From sequence record NC_062581.1: DNA of 64,000 nt. One strand, given 5' to 3'. Position numbers and translations under genes: made by a program. Of the stretch, positions 1-8,502 are shown piece after piece. Position 1 is the first letter of the stretch. Every line of letters starts with the position of its first letter. The notes under the pieces are model-generated. The model did no database searches and was not told the DNA's origin. It saw only the letters and a list, made by a program, of their open reading frames with translations.

Positions 1-358
1 AGACAAAGTAGGTTTCACCACCAAAACTTATCTGAAGAACTATAAAGACCCAGTCGATGCGTTAGCTGCATTCGCAAGTTTGATTAACGAAAAGATTCGT
101 CTGAACGTTGTTCATTGCGAAGTTCTGGTATACGCTATGATGATCGTATCGGCGTCTACTAAAGACTATCGTTTGCCAGTCCCTGGTATTACGGGTCAGT
201 TTGAGAAATATAACAAGCTGATGGATAACCGTAGTTTGTCCAGCAAATTGGCATTTGAAAAGCAGCATGAGCCACTCAATAACCCAGGCAGCTTCCTGTA
301 TAAAGACAGGAACGACCACCCTTACGACACAGCAGTCATGGGGGGTTGCATGTCCTAA
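1..358 (+). CDS. C-terminus of non-virion RNA polymerase beta-prime subunit (phiKZ gp74-like), 5'-truncated
   Basis: Frame is open from base 2. INEKIRLNVVHCEVLVYAMM and SLSSKLAFEKQHEPL resemble beta-prime C-terminal motifs (INDKHIEVIVRQML, FISAASFQETTRVL). Lies directly upstream of an SF2 helicase, as in phiKZ. Confidence 0.8.
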   Translation, partial: DKVGFTTKTYLKNYKDPVDALAAFASLINEKIRLNVVHCEVLVYAMMIVSASTKDYRLPVPGITGQFEKYNKLMDNRSLSSKLAFEKQHEPLNNPGSFLYKDRNDHPYDTAVMGGCMS

Positions 359-375
359 GCGGAGGACGAGAAGTG

Positions 376-395
376 TGGAGGACTTCGGTCCTCCA
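376..395 (+). terminator. UUCG hairpin between RNAP gene and helicase
   Basis: TGGAGGAC-TTCG-GTCCTCCA; T-run at about 408-413. Confidence 0.55.
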
Positions 396-413
396 TTACC
401 TCGTTAATTTTTT

Positions 414-1940
414 ATGGACCCACTGATTACAGCCGAACGGTATACCCACGGGGTAAGACTGTCTGGCTATTCCAGGGAGACGTTGTATAAAATGCAACGC
501 TTCTTGGATACGTTATTGCTCCGAGAACCGACTAAAGTCCAAGGCCGTATGGTCATGGTTACTAAGAAGAAGTATTACGGCATAACGGAAGATAACCGTA
601 GCATCTTTATCCACCGTAATTCTTACGCAGCTATGGTGGCACATCTGGCTAACGTGGGTGTGCCAGAGGACCGGATCAAGGTAATTGACATTCCTGTTCC
701 GTATGCAGCCCCTGCAACATTCGTAGTAAAAGAAAAGTTTTCTTTAAGGGATTACCAGAAAACCATTCTGGAAGATATTCTTCGAGCACATCTACATTCT
801 GCTCGGGTAGATCTACAGACCGGTAAAGGTAAAACATACACTAGCCTGGAAGCACAGTCTGCACTGGGTTGTCGTACCGTAATCATGGTTCCACCTAAGT
901 ACTTCGGTATTTGGGAAGAAGCTTTGAAAGACGTGTACGAAGATATTGATTTGCGTTATGTGAGAGTAAGTGGTTCAGCTGAACTGCAGATGATGATCAA
1001 CCGTGGCATTGAGGATGATCTTGCAGGTATTGATGTTATCTTGATCTCTAACGTTACCTACCGAGCTTACCTAGACACCTTTGAACGTCTAGGTGACAAG
1101 ATAGACACGGTAGGTTATAACGCACCACCACCGCGCTTCCATGAGGCGTTAAAAGTTGGTCTGCAAATCAACGATGAGATTCAAGAAGATCCAGGTTTGT
1201 TGTTTCGTACGGACATGTATACCAACGTAGCCAAACAGATCTATCTATCAGCAACACCTTTTACTGGTAATGATTATGTTACCAAAATGATTGACTTGAT
1301 GTTGCCTCCGGAAACAGCTTGTCGTCTACCTTCTTACGATTCGTATATCAACGTCGTGGGTGTTCTGTACAGCGAGCCTGAAATCCAATCACGTGATTAC
1401 TTGACTCCTTTTAAGAACACGTATAACCATGCGCGTTATGAAACACAGATGATGAAATCCAAGAAACGTCTGGAGCGGTATAACCAGATGGTTGCTCGGA
1501 TACTCTATGGACAGTACATTGTCGATCGGATTCAAGAACAAAAAGCTTTAGTGTTGTGTGCAACTACAGCGTTTATTGATCAGTTAGTTAAGTTCTTGAA
1601 AGAGAAATATCCTGACCTTCAGATTAATGAACACTATTCGGGTTCACCTTATTCCAGGTTAATGGAAAACGATATTACGGTCTCGACGATTAAGTCTTCG
1701 GGTACTGGTGTTGACATTCCTAACTTGCGTGAGTTGATTCTATTGCAAGCAACTGACTCCAAGAAAGATAACATTCAAATTCTTGGCCGTCTACGCAAAC
1801 TCAAATTGTTTGCTGATGTGATTCCACGGATGACATACCTAGTGTGTCAGCACATACCTCAGCATGTGAAATATCATCGGAGTAAGGCTGACCATTTCTT
1901 GGGTAAAGCTTTGAACATGGCACTGCGTAAAATTAGTTAA
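414..1940 (+). CDS. Superfamily 2 DNA/RNA helicase (phiKZ gp75-like)
   Basis: Walker A LQTGKGKT, motif II NDEIQ, motif III LSATP, motif VI QILGRLRK. Confidence 0.9.
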   Translation: MDPLITAERYTHGVRLSGYSRETLYKMQRFLDTLLLREPTKVQGRMVMVTKKKYYGITEDNRSIFIHRNSYAAMVAHLANVGVPEDRIKVIDIPVPYAAPATFVVKEKFSLRDYQKTILEDILRAHLHSARVDLQTGKGKTYTSLEAQSALGCRTVIMVPPKYFGIWEEALKDVYEDIDLRYVRVSGSAELQMMINRGIEDDLAGIDVILISNVTYRAYLDTFERLGDKIDTVGYNAPPPRFHEALKVGLQINDEIQEDPGLLFRTDMYTNVAKQIYLSATPFTGNDYVTKMIDLMLPPETACRLPSYDSYINVVGVLYSEPEIQSRDYLTPFKNTYNHARYETQMMKSKKRLERYNQMVARILYGQYIVDRIQEQKALVLCATTAFIDQLVKFLKEKYPDLQINEHYSGSPYSRLMENDITVSTIKSSGTGVDIPNLRELILLQATDSKKDNIQILGRLRKLKLFADVIPRMTYLVCQHIPQHVKYHRSKADHFLGKALNMALRKIS

Positions 1941-1942
1941 TA

Positions 1943-1970
1943 GGGCTCACCTTCGGGTGAGCTTTATGTC
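1943..1970 (+). terminator. Intrinsic terminator, conserved-flank hairpin family
   Basis: GCTCACC-TTCG-GGTGAGC followed by TTTATGTC. Confidence 0.75.
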
Positions 1971-1988
1971 ATTTCTTTTGGAGGCTGT

Positions 1989-2198
1989 ATGAATATGTTG
2001 TTTCTAGTGTGGTTGATATCACTGGCCATTACTATTGCTGCTTGTTGGTACCGAGATAACAAATACCCGTATGACACAACTCATCACGATGTTTGGAGTA
2101 AATCGGTTTCACATCGAATCGCTCTAATTGCATTTGTTATTACGCTGTCTGGTTTGGCCTTGTTCCTATTCATGTACTTTAAGGATACCTGGGCATGA
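1989..2198 (+). CDS. Small two-TM membrane protein
   Basis: GGAGG SD; two hydrophobic segments; 4-nt overlap with next ORF. Confidence 0.7.
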   Translation: MNMLFLVWLISLAITIAACWYRDNKYPYDTTHHDVWSKSVSHRIALIAFVITLSGLALFLFMYFKDTWA

Positions 2199-2398
2199 AT
2201 GCATTATTAGCTTTTGCAGTTGTGTACGCCGTATTGACTGGTTATTTCTATCGTGAAGTTCGACTAGCTAAATACGCTGACATTCGTTACAACACGGATT
2301 TCTTTTCCACCTCTGCTAAACAACATTTGTATTCAAATGCTTTGTTGTGTTTGATTTGTTTAATCATGGCAATTGTGGTCCATCTAATTACTAAATAA
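2195..2398 (+). CDS. Small two-TM membrane protein
   Basis: Two hydrophobic segments flanking a DFFST loop; ATGA coupling. Confidence 0.7.
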   Translation: MNALLAFAVVYAVLTGYFYREVRLAKYADIRYNTDFFSTSAKQHLYSNALLCLICLIMAIVVHLITK

Positions 2399-2432
2399 TT
2401 TAAACTTTCCTAAGGCCTATATTACAATAGTG
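2399..2432 (+). promoter_or_regulatory. phiKZ-type early (virion RNAP) promoter
   Basis: TTTAAA at 2399, TATATTAC at 2418-2425, GTG 4 nt downstream; TATATTAC is the reported phiKZ early motif. Confidence 0.8.
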
Positions 2433-2461
2433 AATATGGGCTTTATTTAAGGAGTACGATT

Positions 2462-2638
2462 ATGTGGGCCGCTTTTATTCTGCCTTTGGTGGCAGTGTTT
2501 GTATTGGGTGTTACCTTGATCATGGGTGCTGGTGGTAGCAAGTCATCCGGTGGTGCAGCGGTACGCCTATTTACAGGTGGCGCACTAGTACTGGCGGCAG
2601 GCTATCTGTTCATTGTCATGGTTTCTAAACTAACTTAA
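2462..2638 (+). CDS. 58-aa two-TM protein (below ORF-track cutoff)
   Basis: TAAGGAG SD; MWAAFILPLVAVFVLGVTLIMGAGGSKSSGGAAVRLFTGGALVLAAGYLFIVMVSKLT. Confidence 0.7.
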   Translation: MWAAFILPLVAVFVLGVTLIMGAGGSKSSGGAAVRLFTGGALVLAAGYLFIVMVSKLT

Positions 2639-2654
2639 AGGAAGGAGTCACGCA

Positions 2655-2897
2655 GTGGATGCATATCTGTCAATAGCTAGATACTTCACAGGAATGGGTG
2701 GTCTGCTATTAGCTATTATTGTAGTTTTAACAATCTTGTTACTACTACACGTAAAAGAAAGTAATGTCAGTGGTGAGTACTACGACTTCTTTTCTACCTT
2801 TTATATCGGAACAATGTTGGGATTGGCTTTGCTGTTTATAACCGTCCCTACGCTTTGTTTTCTCCGATCTACCCTCATGTGTTACCAGGTGATGTAA
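2655..2897 (+). CDS. Small two-TM membrane protein
   Basis: AAGGAG SD, GTG start; TM-DFFST-TM architecture. Confidence 0.65.
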   Translation: MDAYLSIARYFTGMGGLLLAIIVVLTILLLLHVKESNVSGEYYDFFSTFYIGTMLGLALLFITVPTLCFLRSTLMCYQVM

Positions 2898-3118
2898 TGC
2901 TCTTAAACATAGCCACAGTCATTCTAATGACACTAATTGTATTAACACCTACAGTTGTAGGTTTCTTGGTGATACGGTTTCGTAAAAACCCTAACGGGTT
3001 AAACCGTTATCGCAAACCACTGCAAATTGCAATACCAATTCTCATGGGCATAACAATTGTTTTAATGGCCATTGTGTTCTATGAGATAACCCAGATACAA
3101 AACAACCTGATGCCTTAA
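2897..3118 (+). CDS. Small two-TM membrane protein
   Basis: TAATG coupling at 2895-2899; basic loop RFRKNPNGLNRYRK between TMs. Confidence 0.65.
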   Translation: MLLNIATVILMTLIVLTPTVVGFLVIRFRKNPNGLNRYRKPLQIAIPILMGITIVLMAIVFYEITQIQNNLMP

Positions 3119-3120
3119 CA

Positions 3121-3168
3121 CGGCATAAAGCCCACCCTTCGGGGTGGGCACTATGGTTATTTTTTTTT
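3121..3168. terminator. Bidirectional terminator between convergent genes
   Basis: CGGCATAAA-GCCCACCC-TTCG-GGGTGGGC, then T-run. Confidence 0.85.
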
Positions 3169-3634
3169 ATTTCTGCTGTCGACTTAAATCACGAAGGTCA
3201 CGATCCATACCGCGTTTAACACGCGATTGTTCATCTACACGTCTCAGCATATCCGTTTCACCTATCTCTAGAATAAATGCAGCTTCATCATACGGCAGTT
3301 CCATGAACTCCATATAACTTAGTCCCCATTGTTCTTTGACGTTGTAACGAATGTACTTACGCATTAGTGATCGAACTGAACCACCTTCAACCGTATCTTC
3401 TTTATCAAACATACGGACAACATCTAAAGGATGCTTGTTGTGATCTGGTGGACGAATACCATAATCGTCCAAGTAAGCTTCACGCAGCATTATCTCAGCA
3501 GTTGATGGCCTTACGGCACCCATCTCTTGGTATAGTTTATCTAAGTGTCCACCCCGTGGACGACGCTTATGGCCGAAGCTATATTGCGTCACGTGTCCAT
3601 TGGGGTCACTTAAATCAATTGACAGGCGAGTCAT
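3167..3634 (-). CDS. Conserved phage protein, possible tail/baseplate assembly chaperone
   Basis: In an operon with 3658-5289; WGLSYMEFMELP resembles chaperone-type motifs; function inferred. Confidence 0.6.
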   Translation of the reverse strand: MTRLSIDLSDPNGHVTQYSFGHKRRPRGGHLDKLYQEMGAVRPSTAEIMLREAYLDDYGIRPPDHNKHPLDVVRMFDKEDTVEGGSVRSLMRKYIRYNVKEQWGLSYMEFMELPYDEAAFILEIGETDMLRRVDEQSRVKRGMDRDLRDLSRQQK

Positions 3635-3657
3635 CTGTGGGTCTTTGTTGCTATGAC

Positions 3658-5289
3658 CTAAGGGTTGACTCTCTGGCCCGCCAAGGTAAAAAATGTCGAT
3701 ACTACATCAAGAGGAATCAAATGCTCAAAACGTTCATGAAACTTTTCAGCCATCGGACTATCACATACTGGACAGTTCCATGAAGGAATAGCAATCATGC
3801 ACATGATGGTGTCATCGATGAATTGCAGTACAGCAGCTTCAAAAGGAGCAGCGTATTTCTTATCCGACATTACATCAGACAAATGCGCATCAATAACTTC
3901 TTCGTCTTCAGTCAATAGTTCTTCTGTAGACAAAGCATCTTCACGTTGGTAGATAGCATCAACCCAATGCGAGTACTGACGGGCACCGGTAATAGCACCG
4001 AGACGATCAATATAAGCGTTACGGTTAGCATCCCCTGGAGCTTCGTTAAAAGCACTGTGGGTAGAATCAACTACGCCGTCAATCCATCGGTTGCCAGCAT
4101 CTCGTCGTTCCGCAACTGAAGGTACACGTAAGCGAAGTCCAATATCATCAAACCACTTAATAGGCTTTCGACCAAGAGTAGTGTCGCGCGCGTAATCATC
4201 AAGTTCCTCTGAACGGAGTTGGCGACCAAATCGAACATGCAGCAAATCTTTCTGCCGTTCGTTTAGTTGGGTATGGTCAAACCAAGTCAGTGAGAACATA
4301 TCGAGTTTTGCTTCTTCGACGTGCGTACACTTAGATGGATCAGCAATACAAGTGTGACGATAGTTAAAACCACCAGGGAACATTGTGGAGGCTAGACCGT
4401 GGTGTAGGATTGGTTCATCCAAAGCACTCAGACGGTGTTCAATGTCAGCTGGAGTACTAGCTACCATGTTGGTGTGGGTAATACACTGCATTGCCAAATC
4501 AGTCAGTGCGTTGTTATACACTGCAATACGGTTAGAGAAACCTTGGCCTTTGGTATCACGACCCAAACGAACGGCTACGTTTTGTAGACGCTGAATCATG
4601 TTAGCTACTTCGGTATTTGTTGGAGTACGCAAACGAATCCAGATACCGGTGTGTGGCATAGGGAATTCGTGGGTAGCACCCATACCCGACTTACGGTTTA
4701 GGTAAGCGAGCAAATCAGAACGAGCTGGTTTATCACCTAGTTTAATCTTTGGACGAGACGGACCGATCTTACGACCACCGTGTTCAAAGAACTGAACCCA
4801 TTCAGAACCTTCACGATAAGTGGCACGCATTGGTGTCTTATTCATGTCGGTGTGTTCAATAGCAGCCTGTAGAGATTCTAGCCATTCTAGGTCGCGTTGC
4901 TCAGTGGTAATTTCACCACCTTCAATATCAGCAAACAGACGGTTATGTACACGCAGCACTTGTTCAAACGTTTCAGGGTTTTCACGCATGAAACCAATGA
5001 TAGCAGCAGCTGCAGGAATCTTTGGTGAATCCACAGGACGGTCAATACGGAAATTGACTTTCGGTTGTGATGGCGTAAAAGGAACTAGTTCTTCTTCAGA
5101 ACCTTCTTGCTCTTCTTCGTCATCTGTAACCGGTGTGGCTGGAGCTACTGGATCAGTAGCCTCAACCTTAATTTCTTTTTCTTCTGCTACATCGTAAGAC
5201 GGAGCAGATACCGTTTGTTGAAAATGTACTGCAAGAGCAGCTGGAATTTCTTCAGCGTACTCTTCATCATCTTGAATATCGTGAGACAT
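3658..5289 (-). CDS. Conserved phage protein with Cys motifs, possible baseplate hub assembly protein
   Basis: 543 aa; acidic N-terminus; HTC..C and CPVC motifs; two R(T/V)P(T/S) segments. Confidence 0.6.
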   Translation of the reverse strand: MSHDIQDDEEYAEEIPAALAVHFQQTVSAPSYDVAEEKEIKVEATDPVAPATPVTDDEEEQEGSEEELVPFTPSQPKVNFRIDRPVDSPKIPAAAAIIGFMRENPETFEQVLRVHNRLFADIEGGEITTEQRDLEWLESLQAAIEHTDMNKTPMRATYREGSEWVQFFEHGGRKIGPSRPKIKLGDKPARSDLLAYLNRKSGMGATHEFPMPHTGIWIRLRTPTNTEVANMIQRLQNVAVRLGRDTKGQGFSNRIAVYNNALTDLAMQCITHTNMVASTPADIEHRLSALDEPILHHGLASTMFPGGFNYRHTCIADPSKCTHVEEAKLDMFSLTWFDHTQLNERQKDLLHVRFGRQLRSEELDDYARDTTLGRKPIKWFDDIGLRLRVPSVAERRDAGNRWIDGVVDSTHSAFNEAPGDANRNAYIDRLGAITGARQYSHWVDAIYQREDALSTEELLTEDEEVIDAHLSDVMSDKKYAAPFEAAVLQFIDDTIMCMIAIPSWNCPVCDSPMAEKFHERFEHLIPLDVVSTFFTLAGQRVNP

Positions 5290-6074
5290 TATTGTTTCTC
5301 CGGTTCCTCCTGGCCAGCGACAAATGCAGCAAACAGATCTTCTGCGCTAACACCAGCTGCTTCCAGGATTGCCATTTGTTTCATCAGCTCAGGGCCAACT
5401 TCATTTTCCATTTGGGATTGAATGTTGCTATAACCCATGGTCAGTTCTGCTACCAGGGTTTGGTCTTCTGGTTCTACTGCACCAACTTTGTCTACGTGTT
5501 TCTTAGACAGGGCAATAAGAACAGATGACATTGTAGCCAGGTCTTCTTTCAAGGCATCAAAACCTTTCTGGAATTCCTCATAGTTTTCACCCAGCTTTTC
5601 TTTAACCAGATCTTCTTCAGAAATTACTGGCAGAACAAACAGCTGTGTAGTTTGCAGCATTTCACTGGAGATCAGGAACAATTGTTTTACAATGTCCCAG
5701 CCTTTATCAGCGAGCAGTTTCTGTGCTACAAAAGATTGGGCTTCCAATGCTACAGCTTTGTTCAATGGATTTTCCAAAGTGGCGCTATCAGACAGGGCTT
5801 CCTGAATGGCAAGCAGTGGGGCAGGAACAATACCTTCAAGATTCAGATCACCAACTTTCATACCGTGTGGATTACCATCTTCAACGGTTTCAAGTTCCAC
5901 GGTGATAACGCCATCTTTTTCAGTGATAGCTGTAGGAATTACAAATTGGTCTTCTTTGATTTTACCAATAGTATCTGCCAATGTGATAGCTGCTTGCTGT
6001 GCTTTTGCACGGGTATTATCAAAAGTCATCCAGGTAGGGTCTTCTTTGGTTTCAAGTTGGATATTAGGGTTCAT
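5289..6074 (-). CDS. Hypothetical acidic, helical protein
   Basis: 261-aa ORF translationally coupled to the downstream gene. Confidence 0.7.
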   Translation of the reverse strand: MNPNIQLETKEDPTWMTFDNTRAKAQQAAITLADTIGKIKEDQFVIPTAITEKDGVITVELETVEDGNPHGMKVGDLNLEGIVPAPLLAIQEALSDSATLENPLNKAVALEAQSFVAQKLLADKGWDIVKQLFLISSEMLQTTQLFVLPVISEEDLVKEKLGENYEEFQKGFDALKEDLATMSSVLIALSKKHVDKVGAVEPEDQTLVAELTMGYSNIQSQMENEVGPELMKQMAILEAAGVSAEDLFAAFVAGQEEPEKQ

Positions 6075-6206
6075 CTGGTTTGTTCCTTGTATGCAAATTT
6101 GCGGATTGTTAACATAGTATCTAACCCTGAGTAATTCCTAATTTTAGTAAAGATCAACTTGTAACGCAACACTATGTTACTAAAATCAAAGGAAGAGGGC
6201 TTTTTA

Positions 6207-7067
6207 ATGCAATTCATTATAGACAGTGTACTTACTCCACTGATCACAGAAGAGCGTAAGGAGATAATCCTTAGCTGTGTAGCATCACTGGAGTCACTGG
6301 ACTACCAGGCAGCACTGGATGAGCTCCACCAAGTAGTAGAGATGAAAGATGGCATGTGTGATAACGAGATGTTAGTATCTCGTATTGACGATGTAATCTG
6401 GAATGCTCATGAAACAATATTCAAACAACATGAAGTAACAGTGTCAGCTGAAGCTACACAAGAAATTCGACAATCCATTGTCGAAGTACTTTCAAGTTTT
6501 GATAAATACATTATCCCTGATCAACTACTGTTGTTGTTTGATGGGGATTTCATGTCAGAAGAAATCTTAGCCCATATGTGTCAACTCTTTACATCAGTAA
6601 AGATGGATGAAGCATGGCCAGAGATTAAAGATGTCTCTCCTAACTTGATCAACACAATGCGTGAAGAGATCGAACGTCAAGTTCGTTATCGTGGTTTACA
6701 AGATGCTGATGTAAGTCCTATTAGTCGTATTAAGATGATTAACGATTACATTCGTTTATTCCCAATTGAAACATTCTCTATGATGCTGGACTTGTCCCGT
6801 AGTGGGATTCGTGTAGGTGTTCGTGGTATTGATGAATTGGTAGAACAATCTCTTAATGGTCTTGATCAAAAAGAACCCGTACACGCAGCGTTAGAAATAT
6901 TTGGTTTGTTGCTATTGTCCAATGTACCGGTAGAACAGATCCCTCGTAAGAGTCGTGATTTGTTGCAATCGTACACGGATGACAATATGTACTTTACCCA
7001 AATGACAGAAGCGGTTAAACCGTTACTTGCTCTATTAGACAGGTATAAAGAAGATGCACATTCGTGA
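6207..7067 (+). CDS. Conserved protein upstream of virion RNAP subunit (phiKZ gp79-like)
   Basis: Long ORF; start chosen at MQFIIDS behind GGAAGAGG; overlaps next gene. Confidence 0.7.
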   Translation: MQFIIDSVLTPLITEERKEIILSCVASLESLDYQAALDELHQVVEMKDGMCDNEMLVSRIDDVIWNAHETIFKQHEVTVSAEATQEIRQSIVEVLSSFDKYIIPDQLLLLFDGDFMSEEILAHMCQLFTSVKMDEAWPEIKDVSPNLINTMREEIERQVRYRGLQDADVSPISRIKMINDYIRLFPIETFSMMLDLSRSGIRVGVRGIDELVEQSLNGLDQKEPVHAALEIFGLLLLSNVPVEQIPRKSRDLLQSYTDDNMYFTQMTEAVKPLLALLDRYKEDAHS

Positions 7068-8400
7068 TTACTTCATGCAAGGCCTTAGTCTAGGTCTGCA
7101 TATGAAACGTCAATGGATGAACTGTTTGTTCTCCATTGTTTACAACATGAATGAATTCGAACAACATTACGATTATCGTCTTTACAAAGATGAACAGGGT
7201 TTATTTTTCTTTACCCCTGGATCTAATGATCAGAAAGAATACATTGATGAATACAAAGAAGATACAGCATTGCTGCACTTCCGGGATGAAATCGTATTAC
7301 AACCAAACGAGATAGCTAACTACAAAGGACCAGGTCCTTTAACCACTACTTACGGTAATGTGTTTGTTAACCATCTTTGTTTGATTCTTCCTTTTGGAGA
7401 TATCTTTCCGTTCCAAGCAGGGTTGTTTGATCTGAATAAGATCGAAGGTGAAATCCTTAAACGAATGATTGATGACCCTGAAGACAATGATGATCCTTTG
7501 CTTAAAGCCAGTAATGGAAAAATCTATGTTCGTCAGTACCTCATGTTTGCTGAACACATTCTTACCCTTCCTGCTTATTCTGATGGTATTGTAACAGCTA
7601 CCACCAAGAAGTCTTTGATGGCTTCCCCGGATCGAAATAAAGTTCGGGATAAATGGATTGCTGAAAACCCAGATCGTCTGACTGACCCAGCGGCAGTAGC
7701 TGAATTAAGTGGACTGCTAAAAGAAGTAGACGATGCTTACTTAGCGGGCGATGAATCGGAACAGTTCTACAAATCGAAGAAGAAACTAGAAGGGGCACGT
7801 AAGAAAGTTCACTACATGTTTGGTGCCGAGTCAGCGTTCTCTGACGGTACTAAAGTAGAACTGATTGCTAAGTCTCTGGAAGAAGGCATTGACATGGACA
7901 AGTTGCCTGTCATGTTTAACTCTCTTCGAGCTGGTTCGTATAACCGGGGTAAACAAACTGCACTGGGTGGTGAATCGACTAAAACAATTTATCGAATGGT
8001 AGGTACAGCCCGGATTGTAGAACAAGATTGTAATACCCACATTGGTATTCCTGTTGTACTGCATCCATATGTAGCTAAAGACCTAGTCGGTTACGGTATG
8101 GTTAAAGATGGTAAAACAACTATCCTTACTCCACAAATTCTTTCGTCTCTAATGGGTACCACTATTGAAGTACGTGGTCCAATGACATGTAAGACCGGAC
8201 GAGATATCGATAAAGGAATTCTGGGTAAAGGTAAGAACATCTGTGCGGTTTGTGCAGGTTCTGCTTTGGCTGAAAACCCTAACGGTATTCCCGCAGCAGC
8301 AGCTGGTGTAGGTGGACGGTTTTTAAGCCTCTTTCTCGCAAAAATGCACGCAACTGTTCTACGGACAGTAGAATGGGAAATGGAAAAACGCATCACGTAA
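7054..8400 (+). CDS. Virion RNA polymerase beta-prime subunit (phiKZ gp80-like)
   Basis: Bridge-helix-like SLRAGSYNRGKQTALGGESTKTIYRMVGTARIVEQDC, Zn site CKT...ICAVCAG, trigger-loop-like GGRFLSLFLAKMH. Confidence 0.88.
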   Translation: MHIRDYFMQGLSLGLHMKRQWMNCLFSIVYNMNEFEQHYDYRLYKDEQGLFFFTPGSNDQKEYIDEYKEDTALLHFRDEIVLQPNEIANYKGPGPLTTTYGNVFVNHLCLILPFGDIFPFQAGLFDLNKIEGEILKRMIDDPEDNDDPLLKASNGKIYVRQYLMFAEHILTLPAYSDGIVTATTKKSLMASPDRNKVRDKWIAENPDRLTDPAAVAELSGLLKEVDDAYLAGDESEQFYKSKKKLEGARKKVHYMFGAESAFSDGTKVELIAKSLEEGIDMDKLPVMFNSLRAGSYNRGKQTALGGESTKTIYRMVGTARIVEQDCNTHIGIPVVLHPYVAKDLVGYGMVKDGKTTILTPQILSSLMGTTIEVRGPMTCKTGRDIDKGILGKGKNICAVCAGSALAENPNGIPAAAAGVGGRFLSLFLAKMHATVLRTVEWEMEKRIT

Positions 8401-8413
8401 AATGTATACGACT

Positions 8414-8445
8414 AAGAGGCTTCGGCCTCTTGTATATTTTTTTTT
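8414..8445 (+). terminator. Intrinsic terminator
   Basis: AAGAGGC-TTCG-GCCTCTT then T9. Confidence 0.9.
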
Positions 8446-8502
8446 GATCTTTATACCACAGTTCCTTATGTTTTGAACTATTGCCCAAGAGGACTTTTAA
8501 TA

